IMG/VR virus record: IMGVR_UViG_3300028591_000100
Span: 64,001-128,000 of that record
Direction: 5' to 3' (one strand)
DNA from: a virus
Lineage: Duplodnaviria > Caudoviricetes
DNA: 64,000 nucleotides
Made by a program: the position numbers and the translations under genes. The notes under the pieces were generated by a model. The model did not search any database. It saw nothing but the letters and a program-made list of their open reading frames with translations, and was not told the origin of the DNA. Position 1 is the stretch's first letter. The number at the start of each line of letters is the position of its first letter. Below, piece after piece: positions 37,101 through 48,300 of the stretch.

Positions 37101-39468
37101 TATTATTGTCAATAGAAATTTCTGAAACAAAAGGAGTTTTTAAAACTGAATGCTTAACACAATGAACGGTTTTATCAACATCAGAAATTTTTAACCAGCT
37201 AGTTGTTGTGTCATTACTTAATGTAATAGATTTATTTTGCGTTAATTTTAAACACATTGTTTTTTCAACATTTAAAGCTGGCGTAATAAAAGTATATCCA
37301 GTGGTGTTACGTAATACTGTAGCCGTATACAGACTCCAGTCAGGTGTTATAGACAAACCTCTAAACATTTTTTTACCAAAATTTTGTCCTTGTGTAATGT
37401 AGTATAATTGATTATTGGTTGGGGCCAAAGAATCAGCTAACACTATATAACGTAGTTCATTATTAAGCATTTGTGCTTTTACTACACGCACACCGTTGCC
37501 TGTACCTCCTCTACATAAAACTGTAAATCCTTCTTGCACAGGGATGCCATCTATTTCACCACCTGCAACATCAATTACTTTTGTATAACCAACAATAACT
37601 TCATCGTATTTTAAATCATAGGTGTAGTCGTTATTAAAATTCTGGCCAAATAATAAAATCGGTCTTTCGTTCGTAAAATATAGAGGGCCTCCTCCTTTCG
37701 TTTGTTGGACACCAGGTTGATCAGGGTCCCATAAAACATAATTACCACTACCTGCCAAACTTTCTAAATTCACAGCTTGCGCAACCATGGTATCTTGAGA
37801 ACCAAAATAGTTAGGGCAATACACAACTTTTCCTAAATAACCACCCCATGAATCATATGAGGCTGCTCTTTTTAGCCACAACACTTCCGTAGGAAGGTCA
37901 CTATTATTAGGATCGTAAACTTGGTATACCCCATTTTGACAAATATCAGTATTACCTAAATCAGAATCCTCCCCAGTAAATATGATTTTATCTCCTGGTT
38001 TAATTTGTTGTAACAATATACTAGGTAACTCACTTTTATATACTCCATATCGTCTATTATTCACCCCAACTGCACTAAACTCATCTAAATCATGAATCAT
38101 AGTAGATGGACGACTAATGTCGGCATATATAAACCCAACACTGTACCCACACCCATAAGCAACTTTGTCTGTTTCCAAAATACTATCAGGGTTGTTTGAA
38201 TATTTAAAGAACTGTGCTTTTTTGTATTGTGCGATACTACCGACATCCAACGCACCATCTAATGTATATACATGTCCATATGAGGAGTCATAACTTTTAA
38301 CATAAAATCTGTTGTTTGATAAAACAGTATTACTTGTACCACTACCTAAGGCCATATATTTTCCTTGTAATACCAACACACCTTGTTTTAGCCCTGGTAA
38401 TATTGGAGCGGTTTCACCAAACGGTGTAGTAGAAGCGATTTGAATTCGTGAACTAGTACTACCTAAAATAGTACCAGAAGCAACGGTCATATCATAATCT
38501 TGATACCCCAGAGAATCATAAGTAATATATTTGCCATAAGAATCACCAACAACGGTACCTTCGCCCTGATATAATGTAATTTCCCATTTATAAAAACTAT
38601 TAGACACTCGCATGTTTGGTACAGTGACGTAACCATCCGAAGGAGTTGATGTGTATGGTGTTAGTTCTTGAAATAAACCACTATCTTCCGCAATATAATT
38701 ACTTCTGCTCCACACAGTATTATGGAACATTTCCCCATGGGTGACTAACGCTTGAGTATTAGTAATGTAGTTAGAAAACTGTAAAACAGTTTGAATTATA
38801 GATTGTCCATCTACCACGGCTTGTGCTTTAGTAACAGTATAGATACCCCTACGAATACTTGTTGCTCCCGCTGCTGCGACAAGAACTTTTTGCCCTTCTA
38901 ATAAAGTCTCTCCATCAAGCTGTATATTATTAGAGATATGATCCTCTACAGAAGTAGGCGGCCAATTATATTTTAACCAGTAATAATCTTCACCGATATC
39001 CTCCTGCCAATTATCAAGATTATTAGCCCCAGAAATTGTTGAAGGAGCGCCCTTAAAAAGACTATATAGTGCATTGTCAAGTACAATATGGTCCACCCGA
39101 TATTGAGGTGTATAATATAAAGCATTAAATGAATAAGTTTTATTTGCCTTTAAATTTTGAAAAAACGGAATATATAAATAGGTTCCATTTAATCCTGAAT
39201 TTATACCATTTCTTTCATAAATATCTTCCATGTTTCCTGTTTGTAGCTCACTAATAGGACTAATATAATCTCTTCCTTTTAATGGAAACACTTGATTATT
39301 TGCTTCATCTAAAATTCGAATTTTATAACCAGTAACTTGTTTGTTAGAAGTATCGACCTTACACTTTAAATATTGCACTGGCTGCTCGTTAGAATCTAAT
39401 GCTTGAGTTACACGAATATCTACGTTATTTAAAAATGGATAACAACGAGTACTTTTATATACTGCCAT
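34123..39468 (-). CDS. Large virion (distal tail/baseplate) protein with C-terminal B-repeat-like domains
   Basis: First gene after the tape measure; C-terminal TIVWQNWDG..TPTR..YTYSF..W repeats shared with the adhesin. Confidence 0.7.
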   Translation of the reverse strand: MAVYKSTRCYPFLNNVDIRVTQALDSNEQPVQYLKCKVDTSNKQVTGYKIRILDEANNQVFPLKGRDYISPISELQTGNMEDIYERNGINSGLNGTYLYIPFFQNLKANKTYSFNALYYTPQYRVDHIVLDNALYSLFKGAPSTISGANNLDNWQEDIGEDYYWLKYNWPPTSVEDHISNNIQLDGETLLEGQKVLVAAAGATSIRRGIYTVTKAQAVVDGQSIIQTVLQFSNYITNTQALVTHGEMFHNTVWSRSNYIAEDSGLFQELTPYTSTPSDGYVTVPNMRVSNSFYKWEITLYQGEGTVVGDSYGKYITYDSLGYQDYDMTVASGTILGSTSSRIQIASTTPFGETAPILPGLKQGVLVLQGKYMALGSGTSNTVLSNNRFYVKSYDSSYGHVYTLDGALDVGSIAQYKKAQFFKYSNNPDSILETDKVAYGCGYSVGFIYADISRPSTMIHDLDEFSAVGVNNRRYGVYKSELPSILLQQIKPGDKIIFTGEDSDLGNTDICQNGVYQVYDPNNSDLPTEVLWLKRAASYDSWGGYLGKVVYCPNYFGSQDTMVAQAVNLESLAGSGNYVLWDPDQPGVQQTKGGGPLYFTNERPILLFGQNFNNDYTYDLKYDEVIVGYTKVIDVAGGEIDGIPVQEGFTVLCRGGTGNGVRVVKAQMLNNELRYIVLADSLAPTNNQLYYITQGQNFGKKMFRGLSITPDWSLYTATVLRNTTGYTFITPALNVEKTMCLKLTQNKSITLSNDTTTSWLKISDVDKTVHCVKHSVLKTPFVSEISIDNNTPYKYEVRSYFKASDENPFSVCEAPYLILYKNNQEYSTLRNSSLYQEYWTTVELNILQQFNVTPSAGDTQVYLFKSYTDSAAVLDRAVKFSAKYTQFDGLSWESYRWTLFNADGVLLQDSGVKYDKSIAAVFYGLSNDSVQNSNYYVVLEVEDEKKNQLIYLIKVEVEKGSVATSASNFTAKFDCDNHAVRLDYIPRGIGSNSNKATIYRREYEVYERPGLKVFGRAEELSKTGKLYFTIPTPDGYKVADCKPNIIYVDERTDYYYELDETQKPIEIQVDDKKVVYKFIKMVDAVRIYKGEWSLVALKTELKALYDYNVTSGKRYQYLLYPNDTMSFDIDEGVYLANSNEQIFANSDDSYNVWEENAEYPNQGRIVSGSTALSTTTGAPVVTQWDEWSICELIPDTNIEDTPSIKKAYKVNKDQVWLFKYSLETGSQNQNISRKDIQTLGTYVKMGFGNLNYASGEVTALLGSELVLGTDAKYIERLKKSRLEALSTNEKVKMLAAWRDFVYSKNPKLLKDIKGQSWIVQIVSSSNNPKNFYTNQPDTITFQWKQVDDTFNTIIYSDAGQLQTEMQAYGSELWEPKFKFGSTPNDRFTIVWQNWDGSRFYDEVVEYNQIPTVPTNTPTREATAEYTYSFTKWEPELTKATENKIYTAQYSKTLRTYTVTWQWDDGELVQTYSYGEYPQYTGDEPSKPGYEFTGWTPDVTNVTQDVTYTAIFQSIYSVQFLPQNGTWYEDLQELSGLEPAPVSQITGVEYGEPIQYTNEDTRVPGHEDYEGCLIYYTHEEYGRIQGRFYFVPDEDTEDFTYDSGHVQGPDYVGQWEGSVQNVIGFSYREGRFSCEVTLTSGEEDPVNLETTPDDDTAAPPASAISGHWEDSEGAEVSSISALNGDTVYYYSLGYNADYVVITNIEIDLDNPPEFPQNISGTHLRWVFDDVGLYDVYAMYLLYQSGGTISVPADREGQYLGQISKDDENIIYAYVGEHQLEHQS

Positions 39469-39509
39469 ATCTATCCCTCCTTTTATTATTATTTTAGTAT
39501 ATACTCCAC

Positions 39510-39566
39510 TCTTACTTTAGTTAAAAATATCTTACTAGGAGCAAAATACTTTTGACTAAAGTAAGA
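39510..39566. repeat. 21-bp imperfect inverted repeat upstream of the tail operon
   Basis: TCTTACTTTAGTTAAAAATAT (39510-39530) versus ATACTTTTGACTAAAGTAAGA (39546-39566); 2 mismatches. Confidence 0.8.
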
Positions 39567-39573
39567 ATATTTT

Positions 39574-39601
39574 AAAAGAGAGGGAGTGGAGACCCCCTCT
39601 C
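39574..39601 (-). terminator. Intrinsic terminator after the tape measure gene
   Basis: GAGAGGG/CCCTCTC stem followed by TTTT. Confidence 0.75.
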
Positions 39602-39632
39602 AAAATAATAAATATTAAATTGTAAATTGTGT

Positions 39633-42600
39633 TTATCTAGAGTTTTTAGTAAGTGCGACTTTTGACCTAATAGCTGTCACAAGCTTTTCAAGATCAAATC
39701 CAGAGTCAGCATCAATGTTCATAACTAGATTAGCTATGTTCATAGACTCATCTGTTCCCATGTTACCAAAAATAGATTGACCGATTTGGCCAGAAGAAAC
39801 TCTATCACCTAAGAATCTTAATAACATTGGTGTAACTTCACCAAGCTCCCATAAGTTCTTTGTGATATCAGCTGGAACAATACCAGTTCTAGAAGGCAAC
39901 GCTGTTAAGGTTCCTTGTGGTGTTACAATAGCTTCGGTACCCATCTCATTAATTAAGTTTAATGCTGAAGCGCTTAAACCATATGAACCATGAGCATGCT
40001 TACCTTTAATTTTTGCCCACTCACTTTCAGGCATGCCAGAAGGTTTGCCATCACTATAACTTGCTGGTGCTGTAAGGTGTTCTGCAGCGAACTCACTTTC
40101 ACTTAATACACCCTTATATAAATGTAAACCATTAACATCGTTTGAGTCCCCAGCATCATTAGTAATCTTCCATGCTGCTGAGCCGTCATAGTAAATAGCC
40201 TCGCCACCACCTTCAGGATCTGCTACAATAAAACTAGAAGACCCCAAAATAGATGAGACTCTTACTAAATAGTCGCCGAATGTTTCCTTACCCTCACGTT
40301 TAAGCTGTGAAGTGTCCCCTGTTTTATACCATTTACCATCACTGGTGTAAATCCATGCAGAACCATCTGCTACATCATTTAATAAACTATCTTTAATAGT
40401 ACCTTCTGCTAAGTCTCCGTTGGTGTAGCCTTTAAAATATCCTTCCCCTTCATGGTTTGCGATAGCAAAATGCTGATTGTAATACATTTCTTGATTACTA
40501 TAGCTTCCTTTACCAACACTGTAAGCACCCCGTCCTTGTAAAATACCTCTAGCGTTTGACTTACCATAAGTTTTAAAAGAAGCAAAATCTTCTTCTGTAG
40601 CTCCAGCCGCAATCGCGTCATTAAATGCTGAATGATAAGCTTTTAAAGCAGTATTATATTCACCTGTACCAGGATTTGCGCTCAAAACTTTTTGCCATGC
40701 TTGATCGGCAACCTTAAGCTTATTTGCTTTTTCGGTTTCTTTTGACGCTTTTTCTTTATCTAGGTAGGCATCTAATGACTGTTTAATACCATCTATTGCA
40801 CCAGAAATCATAGAAATATTAGAATTTATATCTTTAGTTACATCCCCCTCTTTTTGGGCTGCACCATACAATTTTTCTAACATTTCATAATTCTCTTTTT
40901 CAAAAATACTACTTAATTCTTCTTTTTGTTTTTCTTTAAGGGCAATTTGGTCGTCTAAAACAGCAATTTGTTTTTCTCTATCAACCGCGTCTAATTCTTT
41001 TTGAGCGCTTTCTATTGCAGATTGATCAGCTTCATAAACCCAACCAACACCAGCTCTATAAACACGCTTCTTTTGTTTTGCTGCATCCTCTAACTTTAAA
41101 CGAGCCTCAACAAGTTTGTTTTCATACTCTCGTTGACTATTAATTTCTTTTAATGCAGCCTTTTGCTCATTTAGATTCTTAATTTCTTTATCTAAAGTGG
41201 TGGTTTGATAGCTAATCAACATTTCATAATAACTCTTCATACTAGAGTCCATTAATTGAATACCAGATTTAACAAAAATATCTGACATTAAATTAGCCAC
41301 TTCAGAAGCTTCTTCAGTTAATTCCCACTCACTCTTTTCTTTGTTGTAATGGTATTGAGAAACAACCCAATCTAAGACACCCGCAAAACTACTAGGGCTA
41401 GCCTCTCTTAATTGAGCAGCAGCTTTTTCTGATAAACTATCATAGAATCTATCTACACCGTTTTCATCTAATGTTAAATATTTATTAAAGAAATCTGTGC
41501 TACCTAAAACTTCATCGCCTTGTGCATTTAATGCAGCATTAGATAGTTGTTTCATATTTGAAATAGCTTGTGTGAACAATTCTGAAGTATTGCCCATGTA
41601 TTGAATCAACGAAGGATATTGAGATATAATTGTCTCCATCCAAGTAGAAATATCTCCAGCTCCATTTGTAATAGAAGACATTAAATCAGCAAAACCACTA
41701 ATCTTAGTATGAATATCTGTTGTTGAACCTAATAAGTCTGACACGGTTAACATACCAAATTGGTCAGTGACATTCTCTAGCTCATCAACAGTTACACCTA
41801 AGGCGCTAGAGAAATTTTCTAAGATTCTCCGAACTGTCTTACTGTCTTTATATCTAGCTCTTAAATTCAAAGCTTCCTGTAATGAATAACTACCACCTGT
41901 AAGAACAGCGTTAATTTCATCATCACCTTGTTTTCTTAATTGCTCATAAAGATAGTCATACCCAACGTCAGTTAAGTTACCATCTTTGTCAAAAACATTA
42001 AGTCCACTTAAACCACCACTCGCATCAACGGCATGGCCATAAGTTTTTAAAATTTCATCAATACCTAAAGCTTTTAATTCGGAAATTGACATTTGGTCTA
42101 AATATCTACCTGTGCCCTCTCCGTCGCTATTTTTAAGTTCAGCAAGGGTTAAAGCTTGTTGGAGAGTAACCTCGTTAATTTCATCTCTAATTTGAGACTG
42201 CATAGCAATTTGACGATCAAGAGCATCCAATAATTGTTCGTAATACTCTAAAAGCTTCTTATTCTTTGTATAATTCTCATATGGCTTAAGTATATCGTTG
42301 GTGTAGTAGTCTTTACTATTTCCGTACTCGTCCCGTGCCGTAAACATACCGACATCTTTTAATCGTAATGCTGTTTGATATAAATATGCTTCCCTCTCAT
42401 GCGTTGCGAAGTACTCGTCAATAGCATCTACACTCGTTTCTAACTCGGCAATCTTCTCTTCAGCAGTGGCTTTACGTTCTAATGCGTTCTGAGAACCCCA
42501 GCTACCGACAGAACCTAAGTTATGTTTTTTTCTATTGGAAGATTTGGCATCTTCTGCCCAATTAGCGCCATAAGTACCGCCAGCTATCGCACCACTAATA

Positions 42601-44070
42601 GCACCAATTAAACCACCAACAGCTATTCCAATAGGACCAAAAAGTGCACCTGCAAGCATTCCAGTAAGAGCGCCTCCTGCAGTACCCGCAGAAGTTATGC
42701 CTACCGCACCCCAACCTATACCACTATTAGAGCCATCATAATCATCAATTTTAGAATAAAGCTTACTTAAATCTTCGCTGTCTTGAAATTGTGTGGAAGC
42801 GTATTTATTGGCAATTTCTTGTTTTTGTAGTTCATATTGAGCAGCTTGCACTGTCTTTAAAGCAGAAGTATCATCTTCTATGCCACTCAATAAATCTGAC
42901 AAACTCTTACCTTGAGCGCCAAGTTGCTTTCTTAACTGATTGCGCAAAGCTTCATTTTCACTGTCAAAAATTTCTTGTTTAAAACTTTGTACAAGCTTAT
43001 GTCTCTCAGCACTACTTAATTCTGTCTTTTGGATATTGTCTAAAGAAGACTGCACTGATTTTAGTTTATTTAATCTCTCATTAGCACGCTCTGTTGTTAA
43101 ATTTGCATTGTCTCGCGCTTTATCAATTTCCGTCGCGATTGCCTCTCCCCGCATTGGGCCAACAATACCCCCAATAACTGGAATTAACGAAATCGCCGCT
43201 GATACAGCAGCCCCTTGTTTTTGAGCCTCTTTTGAACTCTCTACTGTTTTACCCTCAGCATTTTTGTGTGTCGTCGCAGCGGTAACAAATTGTGATACAG
43301 ATGTCATTAATGTAGTCAAAGCAATATCAGCAACTGCCAACCCTGCGTTTAATTTTCCAACTTTTGATGCTGTAGCAAAGAATGGAATATTCGTAGCTCC
43401 GTTGGTAGTACCAGCATCGCCTCCTTGTTTTTTCCCAATAGCACCTATTGCCCCACCTAAGCCATTTGCTCTCATGTTAGTCATAAACTTAGCACCTGAA
43501 GACAATAGCCCTTTTCCTTGTACACCCATCATGGTAAAGAAAATATTAGCAATTGCAGGTAAATAAGGATAAATCCGTTGCAATACTTTTAATAAATTTG
43601 TTTCAACTTTAACAATATCAGTTAATAATTTTGAAACTTCAGAACTATTAGCTAACTCTTCTAGCGCAGCAGTTAACTCATTTCTCGCAAAAGCATAAGA
43701 TTCTCGGTAAGATTGATATTTTCTTTCTGCGGTTCCTTTTGATGTTTCAGAAACCTCTAATAAATCTTTATATTTATCATAGTTCTCCATTAATACCAAG
43801 AAGGCTTCATTTTGTCTTACACCCGCAAAAGCGTTAGCCATGGCTCTCTTGGTAACATTATCAAGAGTTCCCCATCTATCAGCAATTTCATCTAGAACAT
43901 CATCAAAATCTTTAAATTCAAGATTTGTCTTTCTAATTGAAATGCCCATTTTATTCAGTACTCTTTCAACGTCATTTAATTTTTCTGAAGTATCACTTGA
44001 CTCAGAATCAACATTCAACTTATTGTAGGCACCAGCCTTAACATTGCCATAACGAGACATTATAGTTTTT
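39633..44070 (-). CDS. Tape measure fusion protein, exon 2
   Basis: Continues the TP901-type core (KTIMSR...AGVRQ.EAFLVLMENY), Gly/Ala-rich hydrophobic segments, and the C-terminal HAHGS..INEMGTEAIV motif. Joins exon 1 in frame. Confidence 0.9.
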
Positions 44071-44214
44071 CACTTTGTTACTCTTTTAATCATGAAGATT
44101 AAAAGGACTGAGGTGCTTCCAAGAGTGTCTTTACACTCGACCTCAGTTCACGGGCTTCTTTTGTTATACCCGTGGTCAGACTATCGCACCCCCTTCGAAA
44201 AGGGGTTTATTCAT

Positions 44215-45252
44215 TTAGTCGTTCAAGGCTTTGTTGTTTGAAAGTAATTTATCATAATCATTTTTTCTGTCCATATAACCAACCAACTTATTCTGTGACA
44301 GCGTAATTTGATTATTTTCTATAACGTAATTAAAAGAATTATAGTCTTCTAATTTTCCATTATTATCCAAGTATAATTCAATTAATTGTTTACATAATTC
44401 AAGATTTTTATTAATATCTTCTTCCCATAAATAAAGTATATTAATACCAAATTTATGAAAAATATATGTTTTCTTTCTTTTATCTTGGATAATATCTCTT
44501 TTTTGTATTTCATTGATTAATGTGTTTTTTCGAATATCTGCATGCCAATAGGTTCCCATTACTTCTATCATTAGGCCACTGTCAACACAATAATTATCTA
44601 CTGTAAAAAACAAACCACAGTCATATTCATTTTGATATTTGATTCCCATATCTTCAAGTAGTTTATTTATTTTTTGTTGAGGTAAACTATTGGTTCTCTG
44701 TGCCCATGTTTTTTGTAAGCGAGCGGCCTGTATCATTCCCGCATGCTTACACTGTCGACTACAGAATTTAGAAGTGTCTATTAAATGAGGGGACACCTCA
44801 TATTCTTTTCCACAATATTGGCACTTTAATGTCCTTTGTTCTTTTGAAAAATCATGATTGTAACTAGGATGATTTTCTCCTACCCTAGGATTAGCTCTTT
44901 GCCAATCATTTTGGCATTTAATTGAGCAAAATCTTTTAGGATCAGAATGAATAGTGATAAAAGTCTTATTACAAAATTCACATATTCTTTTATCTTGACT
45001 TTGTTTGGAACTATATTCTCCAACACATTTATTACAACAAAAAACTCTATTACTACGCGCTCTAAATTTTCTAGTAAACTCTTTTCCACAATTAGCGCAT
45101 ACATATTTATAAGAGTATTTTGTATTATTATATTTATTTTTGCATTGTGGGGAACAAAATTTTATTAAGTCTGGTCTCCCAGTTGTTGGTATAAACTCTT
45201 GTCCACACCCCACACATTTTTTAGGTTTCCCTAAAAGTTCTTTTACTATCAT
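44215..45252 (-). CDS. Intron-encoded homing endonuclease (Vsr/DUF559, EDxHD-like) with four Zn-finger repeats
   Basis: Four CxxC...FC(S/C)xxC repeats; C-terminal VDNY..IEVMGTYWH..DKRK..LYLWE. The stop codon overlaps intron P7 (GACTAA). Confidence 0.88.
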   Translation of the reverse strand: MIVKELLGKPKKCVGCGQEFIPTTGRPDLIKFCSPQCKNKYNNTKYSYKYVCANCGKEFTRKFRARSNRVFCCNKCVGEYSSKQSQDKRICEFCNKTFITIHSDPKRFCSIKCQNDWQRANPRVGENHPSYNHDFSKEQRTLKCQYCGKEYEVSPHLIDTSKFCSRQCKHAGMIQAARLQKTWAQRTNSLPQQKINKLLEDMGIKYQNEYDCGLFFTVDNYCVDSGLMIEVMGTYWHADIRKNTLINEIQKRDIIQDKRKKTYIFHKFGINILYLWEEDINKNLELCKQLIELYLDNNGKLEDYNSFNYVIENNQITLSQNKLVGYMDRKNDYDKLLSNNKALND

Positions 45253-45296
45253 ACAACAAATTCCTCCTTGTTGCCCACTTCTGGGTTTTCAAGCAT

Positions 45297-45325
45297 AATA
45301 TACAACATTGTATACACAATGTCAA
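45297..45325 (-). promoter_or_regulatory. Intron-internal sigmaA-type promoter for the homing endonuclease
   Basis: TTGACA-17 nt-TATATT about 45 nt upstream of the HEG ATG, followed by the SD AAGGAGG. Confidence 0.6.
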
Positions 45326-45393
45326 TATTAATCATTAGAATAAATTTTGCCAAAGGGGTTATGTATTATCCCCTTAAATCCCCATAAAAGTTT

Positions 45394-48300
45394 AGGGATT
45401 GTCCTACTGTAATACCTGACATTTGATTTACGTCAGCAATTGTTGCAACATAAGCAGCCGCTTGATCAATACTAACGCCACCTAAACGAGCAATATTAGC
45501 AAATTGTGATAAACCTTGAGCAATATCACCAGCTGTAGTTGCAGCCTTAACATCTAGAGCTGTAAATTTATCAACAATGTCCATCGCATCAGATGCTTCA
45601 AGTTTAAAGCCATGCATAGCAGAAGTTAGGTTTTGAGTTGCAGTTGCAGTATCAATCATACCTAATTTACTTAAATACATTGAAGATTTAATTAAATCAT
45701 TAACTTGCGCGATATCATAACCTTGTCTTAACCATGCTGTAGCACTTTGTGTGACTTCAATAGTTGTAGCACCTAATTGTTTGCCTAGTTCAGCATATTG
45801 TCCAATTAAGGTTCTAGCATTCTCTGCATTTTTACCTGTAACAATACGTAAATTAGTCATAGCTTGGTCAAGTTGCTTAGCCTTTTCTGTTATATCCTTT
45901 AAACCTTTGCGGATTGTTCTAATAACAGAGTAAATTAAACCACCGTTCATCAAACGGCTAAACCAACGACTTGTAGCAGCGTCAATTCCTAGGAATCCAC
46001 CACCACCGCCACCATTTCCACTATTTGACTGAGTTGGTTTATTTTCCTTTTGTTTATGATAAAGCTCTGCAAGTCTTTCCATCTTCTTTCTGGATTCAGC
46101 ATTGCTTCCAGCCATATGGTCCAAATCATTTTTTGCTCTATCTAGCTCTAACTCTCTTATTTCTCTTAATAACTCAAGTTCAGTGGTTAACTGTTCGATA
46201 CGTTCTGATTCATTAGAAGAGGTAGCTTTATCAAGCTCTTCTTCTTTTTGTGCTATTTGATCATCAAATGAATACCTCTGTTCTTCATATTTTAAAACAG
46301 CCTGTTCATATTGAGCTACTTTTCGACGGTCTGAAATCGCAGCTTCCTGTTTAGCTTGTTTACGATTTCTTCTATTGATTTTATCAAGATTATCTAAAAC
46401 CCCGTATGTATTATCTGCTTTTTCGTTTGTAAAAGGATTAATAATATTACCATCTTCATCTTGAAGAAAAGCTTTTTCTTTCTTGATTGTTTCAGCATAT
46501 ACTTCTAGTGTTTCACGTTCGCGTTCCCGATCAATTTTTGCCTGTTGTCTAATAGCCGACTTCTCTTTACCTTTTAATAAAGGACTTTTTGCTGCAATAT
46601 CAGCTGCTGCGGCTTTTTTAGATTGCTCCTTATATTGTTGAATATGTTTAACTAAATTTTCAAAAACCTGCTCTTTTCCTGCTTGTTCATTGAAAGCCTT
46701 TAGTTGTTGGTTGGAAGCTGTTATGTATTCATTCATTTGGTCTAGCAGACCCTCGCCCACTGATTTACCCTCAGCGTTAGTCAACATAGAACCTTGTTCT
46801 GAATACATTGTTTTAGCGCCTAGTTTCGCAACCTCCTCATCATAAACTTTCTTAGCCTCATTAAAAGCTGTTTCTTTTTCAGCAATTTCAGCCCTAAGTT
46901 TATCTAATGCAACTTGTTTTTGTGGTGAATCAATTTCACCAGCTAGAGATGCTTCTTTAAGCTTTAAGACATTTAATGCTTTTTGAACTTCAATAATAGC
47001 ATCATAACGCTGTTTAAACTCATCAAGTTCTTTCTTATAAATCGTTTGAGCACCCTCGAAAGTACCACCATAAAACGTACCAGTGTGCTTAACAGAGCTA
47101 TTAAAAGCAATATTAGCTTGCTCTCCATTAAAATCTATAAAATTATCAATAGGTTTGTCAGATTGTAGATAAAGGTCAAAAATATCTTGTAATTTTTGAT
47201 CCATTAAATTAACTTCATAGGTATTTATAAAACCATTGTCTCCTGAAGCAATAATATGCCCCACTACATTGGACCACCCAGCTTGAGCGACCTTCATTTT
47301 TTTCTCAAAATCGGCTACACGAGCAGCTAAAGCTTTTTCAAATGCTTCACCTTCATTGACCCCCGCATCTTGTTCTGCCCCATGTTGAATAGAGTCCCAC
47401 CAATTACGAGTATATTCATTATCTATAGCAAAAAAGTCGTAAGCATTTGTAACTGTTTTTCCCTCTTTTTGAAAAGCCTCTAATTGAGAACGAAGCAACT
47501 GCATTGACCTTGCATAGTCTTTAACCTGTATAGCATAAGGCAATGAAGCTTGACCACTTTCTGGGTTTTTAAGATCTGAAATATGTAAGGTTGTACGACC
47601 ATCTTTATCTTCTTCTACCCACATAGCATCGGCAATTTGATGTGATAAAGCATATCCGCCGTTACTACCCACATGAGAATATCCAACTAAAGGTTGTTCG
47701 GCACCTAGGAATTTACCATTTGGCCCCATTACATACTCTTGAACTCTAGTGTTTGCCAAACCTTTATGAGCAGCTTTTTTCAAAAAAGCTTCTAATTCTT
47801 CATCGTTGTTAAACTTATCAGGCTTAGCAAATCTTAATTGCTCTTTATAATTATCAAGAAGTTCAGGTTCGTATTTTAAAAGAAAATTATACGCCTCATC
47901 TCCATGTACCCATGCTTGGTAATTTTCTTTTTTACCCAAGTCTGAGGTAAGAAGCTCCGCCACTTTATGGGATACTAAACCTCTGATTTTATCTTCTACT
48001 CCTTCTTTATTTCTAAAAGAAGGGGCGTATCTGTTTAACTCTTGTAAAATTGCTTGTTTTTCTGATTCTTCTGTAGCTGCAAAATACTCAGTAGTCAACC
48101 TTTCAATTACATTATCTGTTTGTGGATGTTTGTTTGTTGAACCAATAATACGAGATATTTCTGAGGAAGGACTTGTATGATATAAAACATGACCCTTGTT
48201 AATTTGTTCAATTTCAGGAATATAACGAGTAGAGGCCTGCTTCTTTTGTTCTTTTAATACCTCACCAAAACGAGCCATTACATCTGTAGTATAGCCGCCA

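Larger units (their letters stand above)
44071..45393 (-). mobile_element. Group I self-splicing intron (1323 nt) in the tape measure gene
   Basis: P1: exon AAUCCCU pairs with IGS GGGGAUU, with U.G at the splice site. P3 UUUAUUC/GAAUAAA; P7 GACUA/UAGUC; P8 and P9 hairpins; terminal omega-G at 44071. Splicing restores GQSL-KTIMSR. Confidence 0.93.

Noticed and set aside
39633-44060. Independent 1475-aa gene starting at ATG 44060
   Set aside because: No SD, begins mid-domain, and is explained as exon 2 of the intron-split gene.
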